From Geopsychrobacteraceae bacterium (GTDB lineage Bacteria; Desulfobacterota; Desulfuromonadia; Desulfuromonadales; Geopsychrobacteraceae): a stretch of DNA of 64,000 nucleotides. Each line of letters opens with the position of its first letter. The first letter of the stretch is position 1. This document shows, one piece after another, positions 39,453-50,385 of the stretch. Under the pieces are notes generated by a model. The model saw only the letters and a program-made list of their open reading frames with translations, did not search any database and was not told the DNA's origin. The DNA lies in the NCBI GenBank assembly GCA_963662315.1, contig OY759353.1, positions 2,080,001 to 2,144,000 on the forward strand, written 5' to 3'. Made by a program: the position numbers and the translations under genes.

Positions 39453-41237
39453 ATGGCCAAACGACCAGAATTATCGTGGTCTACCTCTGTTTTAAGCGTA
39501 GTGCTTATTCTGCCCTTACTACTGCTCATTTCCTGCAGCAGCGACAATGATCACGACGACAAAACGTCACTGCCACAATTGGACCCAGCTGTAGGTGCTC
39601 AACTTCTCAGCTGTACCGATCTGTCCACTCAGTTTGCTTATACAAACCTCGTCATAACTTCTGCAGAAGAGGTCCCGGCAGGAACCCTCCACGTCGGCGG
39701 TAATGACATCGCTGCTCACTGTCTGGTTAAAGGTAAAATGAACGAGCGCAATAGCACAGTGAACCCTGCGGTAGAAGATAACACCTACGCCATGAGCTTT
39801 GAAATGCGTTTACCTGTTGACTGGAATGGACGCTTTTTCTATCAGGGCAATGGTGGTTTGGACGGCGTTGTCAAAACCGCTACCGGAGAGGTCAGTGGTG
39901 GCGGCGGCCTGACCAACGCTCTACATATGGGATTTGCTGTTATCAGTTCCGATGCCGGCCACAGCGGCTACAGTCCATACTTCGGCCTTGATCCTCAGGC
40001 TCGACTCGATTATGGCTACAATACCGTTGCCACACTGACACCTATGGCCAAGGAGCTCATTAAAACCGCTTACGGAAAAGGCCCCGATCGTTCCTATATC
40101 GGAGGAACATCAAATGGTGGCCGCCATACCATGGTCGCATCGACGAGAACTCCGGAAGAATTTGACGGATATCTTGCCGGAGCTCCCGGTTTCCACTTGC
40201 CTAAAGCAGCTATTGCCCAGGTATTCGGTGCCCAGCAATATGCAAAAGTCCTTGCTAGTGAGGGTACCACTCCGATCATGGAAAACATTGCAAAGACAAA
40301 GTCGAATTTGTATCTAGCATTCACGCAAGTAGAGCGCCAGTTGGTTGCCGATGCTATTCTGGCAAAATGTGATGCCCTTGATGGTGCAGAAGATGGTCTG
40401 GTTGAAGACGTGGAAGGCTGCCAGTTCAACTTCAATATCCTGACCGATGTTCCAACCTGTACAAGTGGCCGTGATGGCTCCTGCCTTTCCGAAGTACAAA
40501 AAAGTGCTATCAGCGCGCTTTACTCTGGTGCACGCAACAGCCTTGGAGAGGAGCTTTATTCCGATTGGGCCTACGACCCAGCTCTCATCAACTCGAATTG
40601 GGCATACTGGGAATTTGACGCATCGACATCCAACCGTGACCCTCTCTCCCTGGGCTTTATCTTCATGACACCTCCCGAAGATCCAAGTGTCAGGGATGAC
40701 ACCCTTAACTATGCGCTAACGTTCAATATGGACACAGACGCCCCTAAAATTTTTCAAACCAGTGGCATTTACTCTGAAAGCGCATGGTCTTTTATGACCC
40801 CGGTCAACCCTACAGATCTTAGTGTCATGCGTGATCGCGGTGCCAAAATGATCGTTTACCATGGTAACTGTGATCCCGTTTTTTCAGTCCAGGATACGGC
40901 CGATTGGTATGACGATCTGACTGCGGCCAATCAGGGTGACGCATCAAATTTTGTTCGCTTTTTCCGCGTTCCGGGCATGAGCCACTCGAAGGGAGGAATT
41001 TCAACCGATCAGTTTGATGCACTGACTGCTCTTGTAAACTGGGTGGAGTACGGCGAGAAGCCGGAACAAATCATTGCCAAGGCCCGAGGAGATATCAACA
41101 ATCCTGGCGGCCAGAACACAGAAATTCCCGCGAGTTGGGATCCGAACCGGACCCGTCCGCTATGCCCGTATCCGAAAATTGCCGTCTACAATGGTACAGG
41201 CAGTATCGAAACCGCAGAGAGTTTCACCTGCAAGTAG
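39453..41237 (+). CDS. Tannase/feruloyl esterase family lipoprotein, MHETase-like
   Basis: LISC lipobox, WNGRFF, FGLDPQARLDYGYN, GTSNGGRH nucleophile, PGMSH, TRPLCPYP. Confidence 0.9.
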   Translation: MAKRPELSWSTSVLSVVLILPLLLLISCSSDNDHDDKTSLPQLDPAVGAQLLSCTDLSTQFAYTNLVITSAEEVPAGTLHVGGNDIAAHCLVKGKMNERNSTVNPAVEDNTYAMSFEMRLPVDWNGRFFYQGNGGLDGVVKTATGEVSGGGGLTNALHMGFAVISSDAGHSGYSPYFGLDPQARLDYGYNTVATLTPMAKELIKTAYGKGPDRSYIGGTSNGGRHTMVASTRTPEEFDGYLAGAPGFHLPKAAIAQVFGAQQYAKVLASEGTTPIMENIAKTKSNLYLAFTQVERQLVADAILAKCDALDGAEDGLVEDVEGCQFNFNILTDVPTCTSGRDGSCLSEVQKSAISALYSGARNSLGEELYSDWAYDPALINSNWAYWEFDASTSNRDPLSLGFIFMTPPEDPSVRDDTLNYALTFNMDTDAPKIFQTSGIYSESAWSFMTPVNPTDLSVMRDRGAKMIVYHGNCDPVFSVQDTADWYDDLTAANQGDASNFVRFFRVPGMSHSKGGISTDQFDALTALVNWVEYGEKPEQIIAKARGDINNPGGQNTEIPASWDPNRTRPLCPYPKIAVYNGTGSIETAESFTCK

Positions 41238-41294
41238 TAAACCTGAAGCCTAGGTGCGACTAAGAAGTTTTGCAGACTAAGGTTTCAAATCTGC

Positions 41295-41330
41295 TAGACC
41301 GGTGCGGTCCTTAAGAACCGCACCGGTCTA
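41295..41330. terminator. Strong hairpin between the convergent esterase and btsR genes
   Basis: tagaccggtgcggt...accgcaccggtcta. Confidence 0.6.
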
Positions 41331-42038
41331 TATTCCAACCAATTTCTTGATATTTTTCAAATGCCTGCGACTGACCGGAACCGTGCGCCCGCTGGTGGTT
41401 TTGATATCTGCGCAGCCACTCTCTCCAGGAATGATCTGATCAACCTGATGAATATTGACAAGACACTGACGGTGGCAGCGTAAAAGAGATGTGCGCTCTT
41501 CCAGAACTTTCAGCGTCAGATCAGTATTGAACAATTCTCCCCCGACCAGTAGATGAACACCACTCTGGTCGGTAAAGGCGTACTCGACGTTATCAGGTGC
41601 AATCAGTTTGATATTGCCGCCCTTAATACAGGGAATCCGGGTCAACGGTTCGGTTGTATAGTCAGGAACGATGTGACCGCTCAGGTGCTCCTTCAATTTT
41701 TCAACGGTTTTTTCCAGTCGTTCAAGACGCAGAGGCTTAAGCAAATAATCAAGCGTCTTCTCTTCAAAAGCCCTAACGGCAAATTCATCGTAAGCTGTCA
41801 CGAAAACGACATGAGGCATAATCTCGGCATCGATCATACTGAGCATTTCAAAACCACCGATTACCGGCATCTGAATATCCAGAAAAATCACCTCAGGTCG
41901 CAGCTGGTTGATCAGTTTGACTCCCTCAACCGCATTGCCACACTGTCCGAGCAAATCAAATTGGCCAGTCTGTCCGAGTAACTTTTCCAGTTCCCGCCGG
42001 GCATGGGGCTCATCGTCTATAATGATGGTACGAATCAT
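41328..42038 (-). CDS. btsR: LytTR response regulator BtsR/YehT
   Basis: FLDIQMP, FVTAYDEFA, RCHRQ, VPVSRR. Confidence 0.88.
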   Translation of the reverse strand: MIRTIIIDDEPHARRELEKLLGQTGQFDLLGQCGNAVEGVKLINQLRPEVIFLDIQMPVIGGFEMLSMIDAEIMPHVVFVTAYDEFAVRAFEEKTLDYLLKPLRLERLEKTVEKLKEHLSGHIVPDYTTEPLTRIPCIKGGNIKLIAPDNVEYAFTDQSGVHLLVGGELFNTDLTLKVLEERTSLLRCHRQCLVNIHQVDQIIPGESGCADIKTTSGRTVPVSRRHLKNIKKLVGI

Positions 42039-43705
42039 AAGCGGACTCCTGCCGGAATGGTGATGCGAATCTGGGTTTGCTTATTGGGCTGGCAATTAAT
42101 GGCCAGCCCGTACTGTTCACCGTAAAGGTTTTTTATCCGTTTATCGACCAGGTTCATCCCCAGACCGCCATCTTCCAGTTTACGACAATAGGTCCCGGCA
42201 TTATCCTGAATATCAATGTGAATAAGTTGAGCTTCTTTGTGGGCTGATACCTCGACAATACCAGTTCCAAAGATATTGGCGATACCGTGCTTGATGGCAT
42301 TTTCAATAATCGGCTGTAGGGTAAAAGTTGGTAATTGCAACCCGGCCAGCTCAGGATCAATGTCTGTTTTTACAACCAGCCGATCCTCAAAGCGGGCACG
42401 CTCAATGGTCAGGTAGGAGTTGACGTGATCGAGTTCCTCCTCAAGGGTAGACAGGTCGTTGGAGCGCTTCAGGTTTTTGCGGAAAAAGTTGGATAGGTGA
42501 AAGAGCAGATCCTTGGCTCGCAGGGCATCCTGTTCGATGATTGAAATAACCGTATTCAGAGTGTTAAACAAAAAATGCGGGTTCACCTGGGCCTGGACCA
42601 GTTTAAGTTCGGACTTGGTCAGCATGCTCTTCTGATCCTCATAGCGCAGGCGTAGCAACTGTTCGGAAAACAGGCTGGCCAACCCTTCCCCCAGGGAGCG
42701 GTTATTTTTCAGGAACAGCTTGGTGCGCAGTTCAAACAGGATAATCGTCCCCAGCACCTCGTCATTGACCATCAGCGGCACCACCAGCGCTGACCCCAGC
42801 GGACAGTTGGAGCTGTGCGGACACTCAAACGGTTCATGAACCCCGTCTGCATAAAATACCTTGCGCTGGCGGATCGCCTCAATCGCATAGCTCGACAGGA
42901 GCGGCTTGCCGTCATGATGATCGGCACCAATCCCGGAAAAGGCCAGAACCTTTTCCCGGTCAGTGATTGAGACAGCACCCACCCCGGTTTCGGCCCGGAT
43001 GATTTCAACCATTTCAGTAGCCGTCTCCTTGTTAAAACCACGGCTGAGAATCCCCAGGGTTTTTTCTGCCACTTTAAGGGCCCGGGCTGAATAGATGGCC
43101 CCGACATTATCGATCATCCGCTTCTGGTCGCGCATAATGCTGATAAACAGAGCCGAACCGATGGAGTTGGCGAGGATCATAGGTAAAGCAATGACCTTGA
43201 CCAGCTCAAGCGCATCGGAAAAAGGCCGGGCCAAGGCAAGGATAATCAGCATTTGCAAACTTTCTGCTATAAAGGTGGCGAGCAGAGCCACTTGCGGATT
43301 AAACACATCCCGCACACCATTTTTACGCATCAGATACAAATAGAACAGACCACCAATCAAGCCTTCTATCGTTGTTGAAACACTACAGGAAAAAGCCGTA
43401 AATCCACCCAAAAAAAACCGGTGCAGGCCCGCAGTAAATCCGACCGATACGCCCAGCATTGGTCCACCGACCAGTCCGGCCAGAACCGCCCCGATCGCCC
43501 GGGTATTGGCAATAGCGTCACTGATCGGCATGCCGAAGTAGGTTCCCATGATCGAGAAGCCGCTGAAGACAAAATAGAGAATAACTTTCTGTCTGCGCCG
43601 TAGGGTTTCACCGGTTAACGCTCGAAAGGCCGGCGACTTGGTAAACAGATAGGCAATGACCATGAAAACCGACATCTGCTGCAATAAGGAAAAAATCAAT
43701 CTCAT
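42035..43705 (-). CDS. btsS: LytS-family sensor kinase BtsS/YehU
   Basis: IANTRAIG 5TM-LytS region, GAF, AQVNPHFLFN, QPIIENAIKHG. Confidence 0.9.
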   Translation of the reverse strand: MRLIFSLLQQMSVFMVIAYLFTKSPAFRALTGETLRRRQKVILYFVFSGFSIMGTYFGMPISDAIANTRAIGAVLAGLVGGPMLGVSVGFTAGLHRFFLGGFTAFSCSVSTTIEGLIGGLFYLYLMRKNGVRDVFNPQVALLATFIAESLQMLIILALARPFSDALELVKVIALPMILANSIGSALFISIMRDQKRMIDNVGAIYSARALKVAEKTLGILSRGFNKETATEMVEIIRAETGVGAVSITDREKVLAFSGIGADHHDGKPLLSSYAIEAIRQRKVFYADGVHEPFECPHSSNCPLGSALVVPLMVNDEVLGTIILFELRTKLFLKNNRSLGEGLASLFSEQLLRLRYEDQKSMLTKSELKLVQAQVNPHFLFNTLNTVISIIEQDALRAKDLLFHLSNFFRKNLKRSNDLSTLEEELDHVNSYLTIERARFEDRLVVKTDIDPELAGLQLPTFTLQPIIENAIKHGIANIFGTGIVEVSAHKEAQLIHIDIQDNAGTYCRKLEDGGLGMNLVDKRIKNLYGEQYGLAINCQPNKQTQIRITIPAGVRL

Positions 43706-44063
43706 TGATTTGGGTACCCCTGAATAAATTTTAGCAATCGTCGCGATGTCCGGCAGATTCAATGTGCGAGAGGATCCACCGTACTCTGTCTTTGAGCTTT
43801 TAACAAAGCGGGTATCAACATGCTGTAATTTAATGAAGATAATATGCTATTGTTTGCACAGCAGTTAAAGTCCACGGATATATGTATCGGAGTCCCCCGA
43901 GTATACTGCAATGTCTGTCAATGTGAACCATTGTCTTTACCTGTTACAAGCTGAGCTGTTTTTAAATGAGAATACGTAGGTTTATTTTACCCTGAATTGG
44001 CGAACCAGTATTTACCAGAGCAAACGCTTCTCCATGCCTTCAGGTCCATGAAAGGAACAAACG

Positions 44064-45596
44064 ATGTCGTTCATGAAGCACTGGCTATCCGCAACTCTGT
44101 TCGTTGTATCCCTGTTGGTTGGTTGCACCAGTCCGAATCTTAAAGTCCCCCCTGTCGCTATCTCAGATAATCCCAGCAGCAAAATCTTTGAGTTGGAAGA
44201 AACGCTGGCGGCCGGCCGCATTGATCAGGTCAATGTCTTGTCACCAACCTGGTACGGCAAAGCGGAATCATCCCTAGATAAAGCGCGTTACGGACTGGCT
44301 TACGGCGATTCCGTCAATGATATTTTAACCAACGTTGCTTATGGCCATGCCTACTTCGGCAAGGCGCAGGAATATGCAGTAATCGCCCGCTCCACCATAC
44401 CTGAAGCCATCAAGGCACGAACCCTGGCCAGCGCCGCCGGAGCGGCCTCCTTCGATCAGGATTTCCAGGAGATGGAAAACCAGTTTATCAGCCTGACCAT
44501 GGATATTGAGAATAACAATCTCAACCGGGCTGAGAAATATGAAACCAGGGTCGCCCAAGGGTACGCCGATCTGGAATTACGTGCCATCAAGGAAAAAACC
44601 TTGGGAGAAGTCCGCTCTTTGCTGACAGCCGCCGAGAAGGAAGGCGCGACCCGGCTGGCGCCGAAGACCCAGGCGGTGGCACAGAACACACTGGATGAAG
44701 CCGATCAGTTCATCACCGAACAGCGCTATGAAAGTGAAAAAATGCAACAGAAAGCCAATCAGGCACTGTTTCAGGCCCAGCGTTTGGGGCAGATCATGGC
44801 GCTGAGCCAGAAACTTGGTTTAATGAGCAGTGAGGATATCGCCCTCTGGAGTGAAGCTCGTCTGCATCAGATTACTACGCGTCTCGGGGCCCGTGATCTG
44901 CGCAATGAATCAACCGGCTTACAGCTGCAGAATGTTATCGAATCAATTGCGGCACTGAAAGACGATAACCACTCATTAGCCTCCATGAGACAACAGGACG
45001 CAGCAACCTACACGGATAAAATTGCCGAACTTCAGGAGCAGATTGAAGAGCGCAATAAGCAGATTGCAGCCCTGGAAGGAAAGAGCAAAGCAGCCCAGAA
45101 AGAACGCGAGCTGATTGCTCAGCAGGAGCAGGAAACCAAGTCCAGACTCGAAGCCGAACGACGTTTTCAGCAATTATTTGTCGAGGTTCAAGGCATGTTC
45201 AGTAAAGATCAGGCCGAGGTCTACAAGCAGGCTGACAATCTGGTTATTCGCCTGAAAGCAATGAAATTCCCGGTCGGCAAGGATATTATCATGCCGACCA
45301 ACTATGCCCTGCTCAGCCAGGTACGTAAAGCGATCAGAACCTTTGGAGAACCCGCAGTGGTTATTGAAGGACATACGGACAGTACCGGTTCAGTGGCAAT
45401 CAATTCACAATTGTCCAAGAACCGGGCAGAATCGGTCAGGCAATACTTTATTGCCAGTGGCAGCCTGGGCGAAAACCAAGTCACTTCTATCGGCTACGGT
45501 TCGGAACGCCCCCTGGTCCCTAATGACACTCCAGAGCACCGGGCCGTCAATCGGCGTATTGATGTTGTGATTAAAACGGAAAAGAAAGTTGACTGA
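44064..45596 (+). CDS. OmpA-family coiled-coil lipoprotein
   Basis: LVGC lipobox; IEGHTDSTG, LSKNRAESV, NRRIDV. Confidence 0.88.
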   Translation: MSFMKHWLSATLFVVSLLVGCTSPNLKVPPVAISDNPSSKIFELEETLAAGRIDQVNVLSPTWYGKAESSLDKARYGLAYGDSVNDILTNVAYGHAYFGKAQEYAVIARSTIPEAIKARTLASAAGAASFDQDFQEMENQFISLTMDIENNNLNRAEKYETRVAQGYADLELRAIKEKTLGEVRSLLTAAEKEGATRLAPKTQAVAQNTLDEADQFITEQRYESEKMQQKANQALFQAQRLGQIMALSQKLGLMSSEDIALWSEARLHQITTRLGARDLRNESTGLQLQNVIESIAALKDDNHSLASMRQQDAATYTDKIAELQEQIEERNKQIAALEGKSKAAQKERELIAQQEQETKSRLEAERRFQQLFVEVQGMFSKDQAEVYKQADNLVIRLKAMKFPVGKDIIMPTNYALLSQVRKAIRTFGEPAVVIEGHTDSTGSVAINSQLSKNRAESVRQYFIASGSLGENQVTSIGYGSERPLVPNDTPEHRAVNRRIDVVIKTEKKVD

Positions 45597-45682
45597 TTGT
45601 TTCTACGTGACAACGGAAGGAAAAAGGCCGCTCCGGTACGGGCGGCCTTAAATTTCAGAGCTCTGTAACAGGGGATTTACAG

Positions 45683-46648
45683 GTGACAGAATTGAACATC
45701 GCTGATCAGAAAACCAAACAACGCACGATAAGGCCACTAACGTTTCGGTTTCTGCTGCCGCTGGCCATCGTCTTATTGATACTGATGCCAGTCACGCTTC
45801 GCGCCGAAATTTATCGCTGGAAAGACAGCAATGGGCGCCTGCATTTTTCCGATTCTCTGCAGCAGGTTCCGGAGCAGTTCCGCCCCAAAAGTGAGTGGCA
45901 ACAGAACTCTACAGAGATTAATGTCATCAGCAAACCAAAGAGGGACGCTTCCGCTCCAGCCACCACATCACCACCCACCTCTAAAGAGCAACAGCAGACG
46001 CTGAAAATTCCTTATGTCGATCGCGAAGGTTCAGCCAGCCGGGTTATTGTCAATATTCGCTTCAACAACCAGGTCACAGCGCCCATTCTGGTAGATACCG
46101 GCTCACCAGGATTGATCCTCGATGCCAGTCTGGCCCGACGTCTTGGTCTGCTTAACGCTGAAACCAATAACCTGTTGGTCTTAATCGGCGGTATCGGCGG
46201 CACCCAGATCGCGGCGCGAACCATTGTTGAAGAAGTCAGCGTTGGCCCAATCAAAGAAAATGTGATCCCCGCCCATATTATTGAGGATCACTCCGAAGCC
46301 TATCACGGTCTTATCGGTATGGATATTCTGGCCGGTTACTCATTGACCATCGACACGGCCAACAAGTGCCTGGTCGCCACCAAACAGCCCCCGTCTGACC
46401 TGCGCCCCGGCGGCCATGACCAGCGCTGGTGGCAACGTAATTTTCACGAACTGCTTAGCTACATTAATTTCTGGGAACAACAGGTCGATCTGCTCGACAG
46501 TGGCGACCCGCGCTATTCCCGTTTAAGCAGCCAGTTCAAAGATATCAAAAAATTCATGTCCACCCAATTGTCGGAGTCGCAACGCCTTTACCAACGACTG
46601 GACCGCCATGCCCGCTCACAAAGAGTCCCCCGTCATTGGCGCAAATAG
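45683..46648 (+). CDS. DUF4124-like domain plus retropepsin-like aspartic protease
   Basis: IYRWKDSNGRLHFSD, ILVDTGS, GLIGMD; start uncertain. Confidence 0.8.
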   Translation: MTELNIADQKTKQRTIRPLTFRFLLPLAIVLLILMPVTLRAEIYRWKDSNGRLHFSDSLQQVPEQFRPKSEWQQNSTEINVISKPKRDASAPATTSPPTSKEQQQTLKIPYVDREGSASRVIVNIRFNNQVTAPILVDTGSPGLILDASLARRLGLLNAETNNLLVLIGGIGGTQIAARTIVEEVSVGPIKENVIPAHIIEDHSEAYHGLIGMDILAGYSLTIDTANKCLVATKQPPSDLRPGGHDQRWWQRNFHELLSYINFWEQQVDLLDSGDPRYSRLSSQFKDIKKFMSTQLSESQRLYQRLDRHARSQRVPRHWRK

Positions 46649-46729
46649 AAGGCACTAAGATAACAAGGCATCAGACCGGCGGCCGGAAGCCGTTTTTTCG
46701 GTTTCCGGCGCAGGCAATAATTTATTGTT

Positions 46730-46933
46730 TCAGGACGATACCTTTTGACGTTTTAAAGATAAGCGGTAGCACAAAATTCCGCCGCCCATGGTCGCTCCAA
46801 TAATAAAAGGCATGCTATAAAGCAAAGCGGCAAAGAAGTTGACGTGGAATTCGATCAGCAAGAGCGTGATCAATGCGGATCCGGCAAAAATCGCTCCCAT
46901 GAAAACCCAGATCAAACAAGCTTTTTCATTCAT
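46730..46933 (-). CDS. Small two-TM membrane protein
   Basis: RBS AAGGAGG, hydrophobic 67-aa ORF. Confidence 0.65.
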   Translation of the reverse strand: MNEKACLIWVFMGAIFAGSALITLLLIEFHVNFFAALLYSMPFIIGATMGGGILCYRLSLKRQKVSS

Positions 46934-47200
46934 ATCATCCTCCTTAAATGAATGTGTTGTACAGCCCTGGTCTGCGTAAATACCCCCCCTGTATTAAATA
47001 TAACAATGTTATAATAACATATATTTTCCCATTCCATAGCATTTTAATAAAATTTCACATCACTCATTTAATATCGAAATTATAAAGTTTTACCATTTTT
47101 CCCACTTAATAATTTGATGTTTTACAGAAAAAAATAGCGTTCTACTATTTTCTTAAAGCCTTCATCCTCTGGTGCTGTTAAAATTGTTCTCGATAGGTAT

Positions 47201-48286
47201 TTGAAGAACGTGAAGGTTACATATCAAGTGTTGGTCAGAAAATATAAATTCACATTTTTCTCACTGCTGGTGCTCACCCTGCTGATCACTCTTTCCGGAT
47301 GTGGCGATCTGGGTTACTACCTGCAGTGTGCATCCGGGCAGTTTGAACTGATTCAGCGGGCCACCCCCATTGCAACCCTGCTTGATGACCCGCACCTGGA
47401 TCCAGCAATCCGTAGTCGGCTGAAGCGGGCACAGGAGATAAGAAACTTTGCCAGTCGTGAGCTGCTGCTGCCTGACAATGACAGTTATCGCAGCTACGCT
47501 GACATCGAACGCCCTTACGTCGTATGGAATGTTGTGGCTTCTGACGAGTTTTCCCTTCAACCTCAGCAGTGGTGCTTTCCGATAGCGGGCTGCGTTTCTT
47601 ATCGCGGTTATTTCAAGCAGACCGATGCCGAAGCGCTGGGCACCGCTTTACAAGCTGACAGCAAAGATGTTGACGTCTATGGCGTACAGGCCTATTCAAC
47701 CCTGAACTGGTTTTCCGATCCGCTTCTAAATACTTTTATCAACAGCGCGGAGACCAGACTTGCCGGACTGATCTTCCATGAACTGGCCCATCAGCTCATT
47801 TATGTCAAAGGAGACAGTTCCTTTAACGAAGCCTTTGCCCAGGCCATTCAGCAGGAAGGGGTTAAACGCTGGTTACAGCAAGAGCAGGATCAGCAAACCT
47901 GGGATGCCTACCAACAAGGACTGAAGCAACAGAGAATCTTTCATCAGCTGCTCTTTAACACCCGTAATCAACTGCAGGCGCTCTATGATCAACCTAGTCT
48001 GCAGAATATTGAACGACGCCGGAAGAAGCAGCTGATTTTAGAAGCGGCACAAGCACGCTTTGCAGACCTGAGAGACGCAGGAATTCTGGATAAACGATTT
48101 GACCGCTGGATGGCCAGGGGACTGAACAATGCTCGACTCGCCTCCCTGGCAACCTACTATGACCTGCTTCCCGGCCTTCAACGTCTGATCGCCAGTTGCC
48201 CGGATCTGAATAGCTTTTACCAGCAGGTCGAGATCCTTAGCCAAAAACCCAAAAAACAACGCCACCTTGCTTTGCTGCCCCCGTAA
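47201..48286 (+). CDS. Putative zinc aminopeptidase lipoprotein
   Basis: LSGC lipobox, WCFPIAGCVSYRGYF, HELAHQ...FNE; start uncertain. Confidence 0.82.
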   Translation: MKNVKVTYQVLVRKYKFTFFSLLVLTLLITLSGCGDLGYYLQCASGQFELIQRATPIATLLDDPHLDPAIRSRLKRAQEIRNFASRELLLPDNDSYRSYADIERPYVVWNVVASDEFSLQPQQWCFPIAGCVSYRGYFKQTDAEALGTALQADSKDVDVYGVQAYSTLNWFSDPLLNTFINSAETRLAGLIFHELAHQLIYVKGDSSFNEAFAQAIQQEGVKRWLQQEQDQQTWDAYQQGLKQQRIFHQLLFNTRNQLQALYDQPSLQNIERRRKKQLILEAAQARFADLRDAGILDKRFDRWMARGLNNARLASLATYYDLLPGLQRLIASCPDLNSFYQQVEILSQKPKKQRHLALLPP

Positions 48287-48431
48287 CGCCCGGAAGCATG
48301 CCAAAACCTGACTTTTTTATTTATCAGCCATTGACATTCTTTAGCTTTTTGCTATCCATCTAAGCATAACCTACCATTTTATGTATCAGTCTGTTGCCAT
48401 CCGGAACCTCTCCAAAGCAGCCGGAGTCACT

Positions 48432-50045
48432 ATGCAACATAAGATCAATCGATCTCTTTACAACTTTATCGTGACTTTTGCGCTGCTCAGCTGTTCTCTG
48501 GCCGTCATTCTGTCAACCGCCTATCGTTATAACGTTCATCAAAAAAAAACGGCCCTGCTGGAAGAAGAGAAGCATACCCTGGAAATTCTTCATGCGCTGA
48601 GCATAAGTCACTTTTCGGAACTGCACTCCGATATCCACCTGCTCGGGAGCTTGCCCTTTCCTATTGATTCAAACAGCAGTCTCAGCATTCAAGAAGAGCT
48701 GTCTCAAAAGTTTGCCAAAAGCAAAAGAATTTACGATCAGGTTCGCTATATCGACTTGCAGGGGCAGGAAAGAATCCGTGTCATTTACCGTGACCATCAT
48801 GCTCAGCTGGTTGCTACCGGACAGCTCAAGAACCAATCTACGCGTATTTTTGTTCAAGAAGGCATGAAACTGCCGGTCGGAACCATTTATATCTCCCCCA
48901 TGGATTTAAATGTTGAGAACGATGCTGTAGACATTCCCTACAAGCCGATGCTGCGCATGGTCACGCCGGTAACAGACAGGCAGGGCAAGAGAAGCGGTAT
49001 CGTTGTTCTGAACTATCAGGCAGACCGTTACTTACAGGAAATTGAATCCTCGCAAGACTTCTGTTACGGCGAACTTCACCTGCTGAATCAGAACGGCCAA
49101 TATCTACTGCACCCCCTGCACAACAAGCGCTGGAGCTTTATGTTTCCCGATCGGGCAGTTGAAGGGATCTTCAAAGATGCCCCAGAGGTCTGGAACAACA
49201 TGTTCTTCGGCGATAAAAACCAGCTTGAGACAGGACAGGGCGTTTACACCTATATCCGCGTTGTCCCTTTTGGTCATGATCCCGGCAGTATTGATCAGCC
49301 CCTGATAGAACAGAAACATTTCTGGATTCTATACTCCCTGATTACAGCAGAAAAACTGAAGCAGGCCACCACCTTTTCAACGAAAAGCCTGACCATCGCC
49401 GTACTGGCCATGATTTTTATTGTGACCCTGATCAGTCTGCAGACCGCTTTTGTCCTGAATCGCAAACTCTATTACCGAGCGCGTCTCCAAGAACTGGCCC
49501 ACTACGATGCATTGACCGGACTGGTCAACCGTATATTGCTGAGAGAACACATTCAGAGCGCACTTTTCAATATGCAGCGCTATGGCCACCATGGTGCCTT
49601 ATTGTTTCTGGATCTGGATGGCTTCAAACCGGTCAACGATAATTTTGGTCATGCTACGGGAGATGAATTACTTAAAGCAGTGGCACGACGCCTAAAATCT
49701 TTGTGTCGAGCAACAGATAGCGTAGCAAGGGTTGGTGGTGATGAATTCATCATCCTGCTCCCTCATGTTGATGGTCCCAAAGGAGCCAAAGCCCTAGCCC
49801 AGAAAATCATCCAGCAGCTGAACATTCCCTTTACCATCAGGCAGCATCGGATAGCGATCAGCACCAGTATTGGCATCAGTATGATGTCCCATAAAACCAT
49901 GAATATTGAAGAACTAATCTCCTCGGCCGACAAAGCCATGTACGAAGCCAAGCAAGGGGGCAAAAACACCTACAGATTCAGTGGCAAAGACAGGATTCCA
50001 GCCCGCTCAAATGTAATAAGTATCCACAAAACAGACCATACATAA
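48432..50045 (+). CDS. Cache-domain diguanylate cyclase
   Basis: 2 TM, YDQVRYID Cache region, DALTGL, GGDEF. Confidence 0.92.
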   Translation: MQHKINRSLYNFIVTFALLSCSLAVILSTAYRYNVHQKKTALLEEEKHTLEILHALSISHFSELHSDIHLLGSLPFPIDSNSSLSIQEELSQKFAKSKRIYDQVRYIDLQGQERIRVIYRDHHAQLVATGQLKNQSTRIFVQEGMKLPVGTIYISPMDLNVENDAVDIPYKPMLRMVTPVTDRQGKRSGIVVLNYQADRYLQEIESSQDFCYGELHLLNQNGQYLLHPLHNKRWSFMFPDRAVEGIFKDAPEVWNNMFFGDKNQLETGQGVYTYIRVVPFGHDPGSIDQPLIEQKHFWILYSLITAEKLKQATTFSTKSLTIAVLAMIFIVTLISLQTAFVLNRKLYYRARLQELAHYDALTGLVNRILLREHIQSALFNMQRYGHHGALLFLDLDGFKPVNDNFGHATGDELLKAVARRLKSLCRATDSVARVGGDEFIILLPHVDGPKGAKALAQKIIQQLNIPFTIRQHRIAISTSIGISMMSHKTMNIEELISSADKAMYEAKQGGKNTYRFSGKDRIPARSNVISIHKTDHT

Positions 50046-50163
50046 GATATCACTCCCAATTGTCAAACCCAGCAAACAGCATGAATGATTTCTTCATTTA
50101 AATGCGACATTCCCTTAATAAAGACTGGAAAGAAAAACGAAATCTTGCTAGCCTGAGAATATC

Positions 50164-50305
50164 TATTCTCAGGGCGGGGTGAAATTCCCCACCGGCGGTA
50201 ACTCATTCTTGAGAAGCCCGCGAGCGCCGTTGTCATAGGGACAAGGGGACAGCAGATCTGGTGTGATTCCAGAGCCGACGGTTATAGTCCGGATGAAAGA
50301 GGATA
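50164..50305 (+). ncRNA. FMN riboswitch (RFN element)
   Basis: AGGGCGGGGTGAAATTCCCCACCGGCGGT...AGCCCGCGAGCG...GAGCCGACGGTTATAGTCCGGATGAAAGA upstream of ribB. Confidence 0.97.
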
Positions 50306-50385
50306 TGACAGACTTCAATCTCTACTATTGGATTGTCTCCTGCCTATCGCTACGCCCTGATTCATGTTTTTTTAGGAGTTGATCC

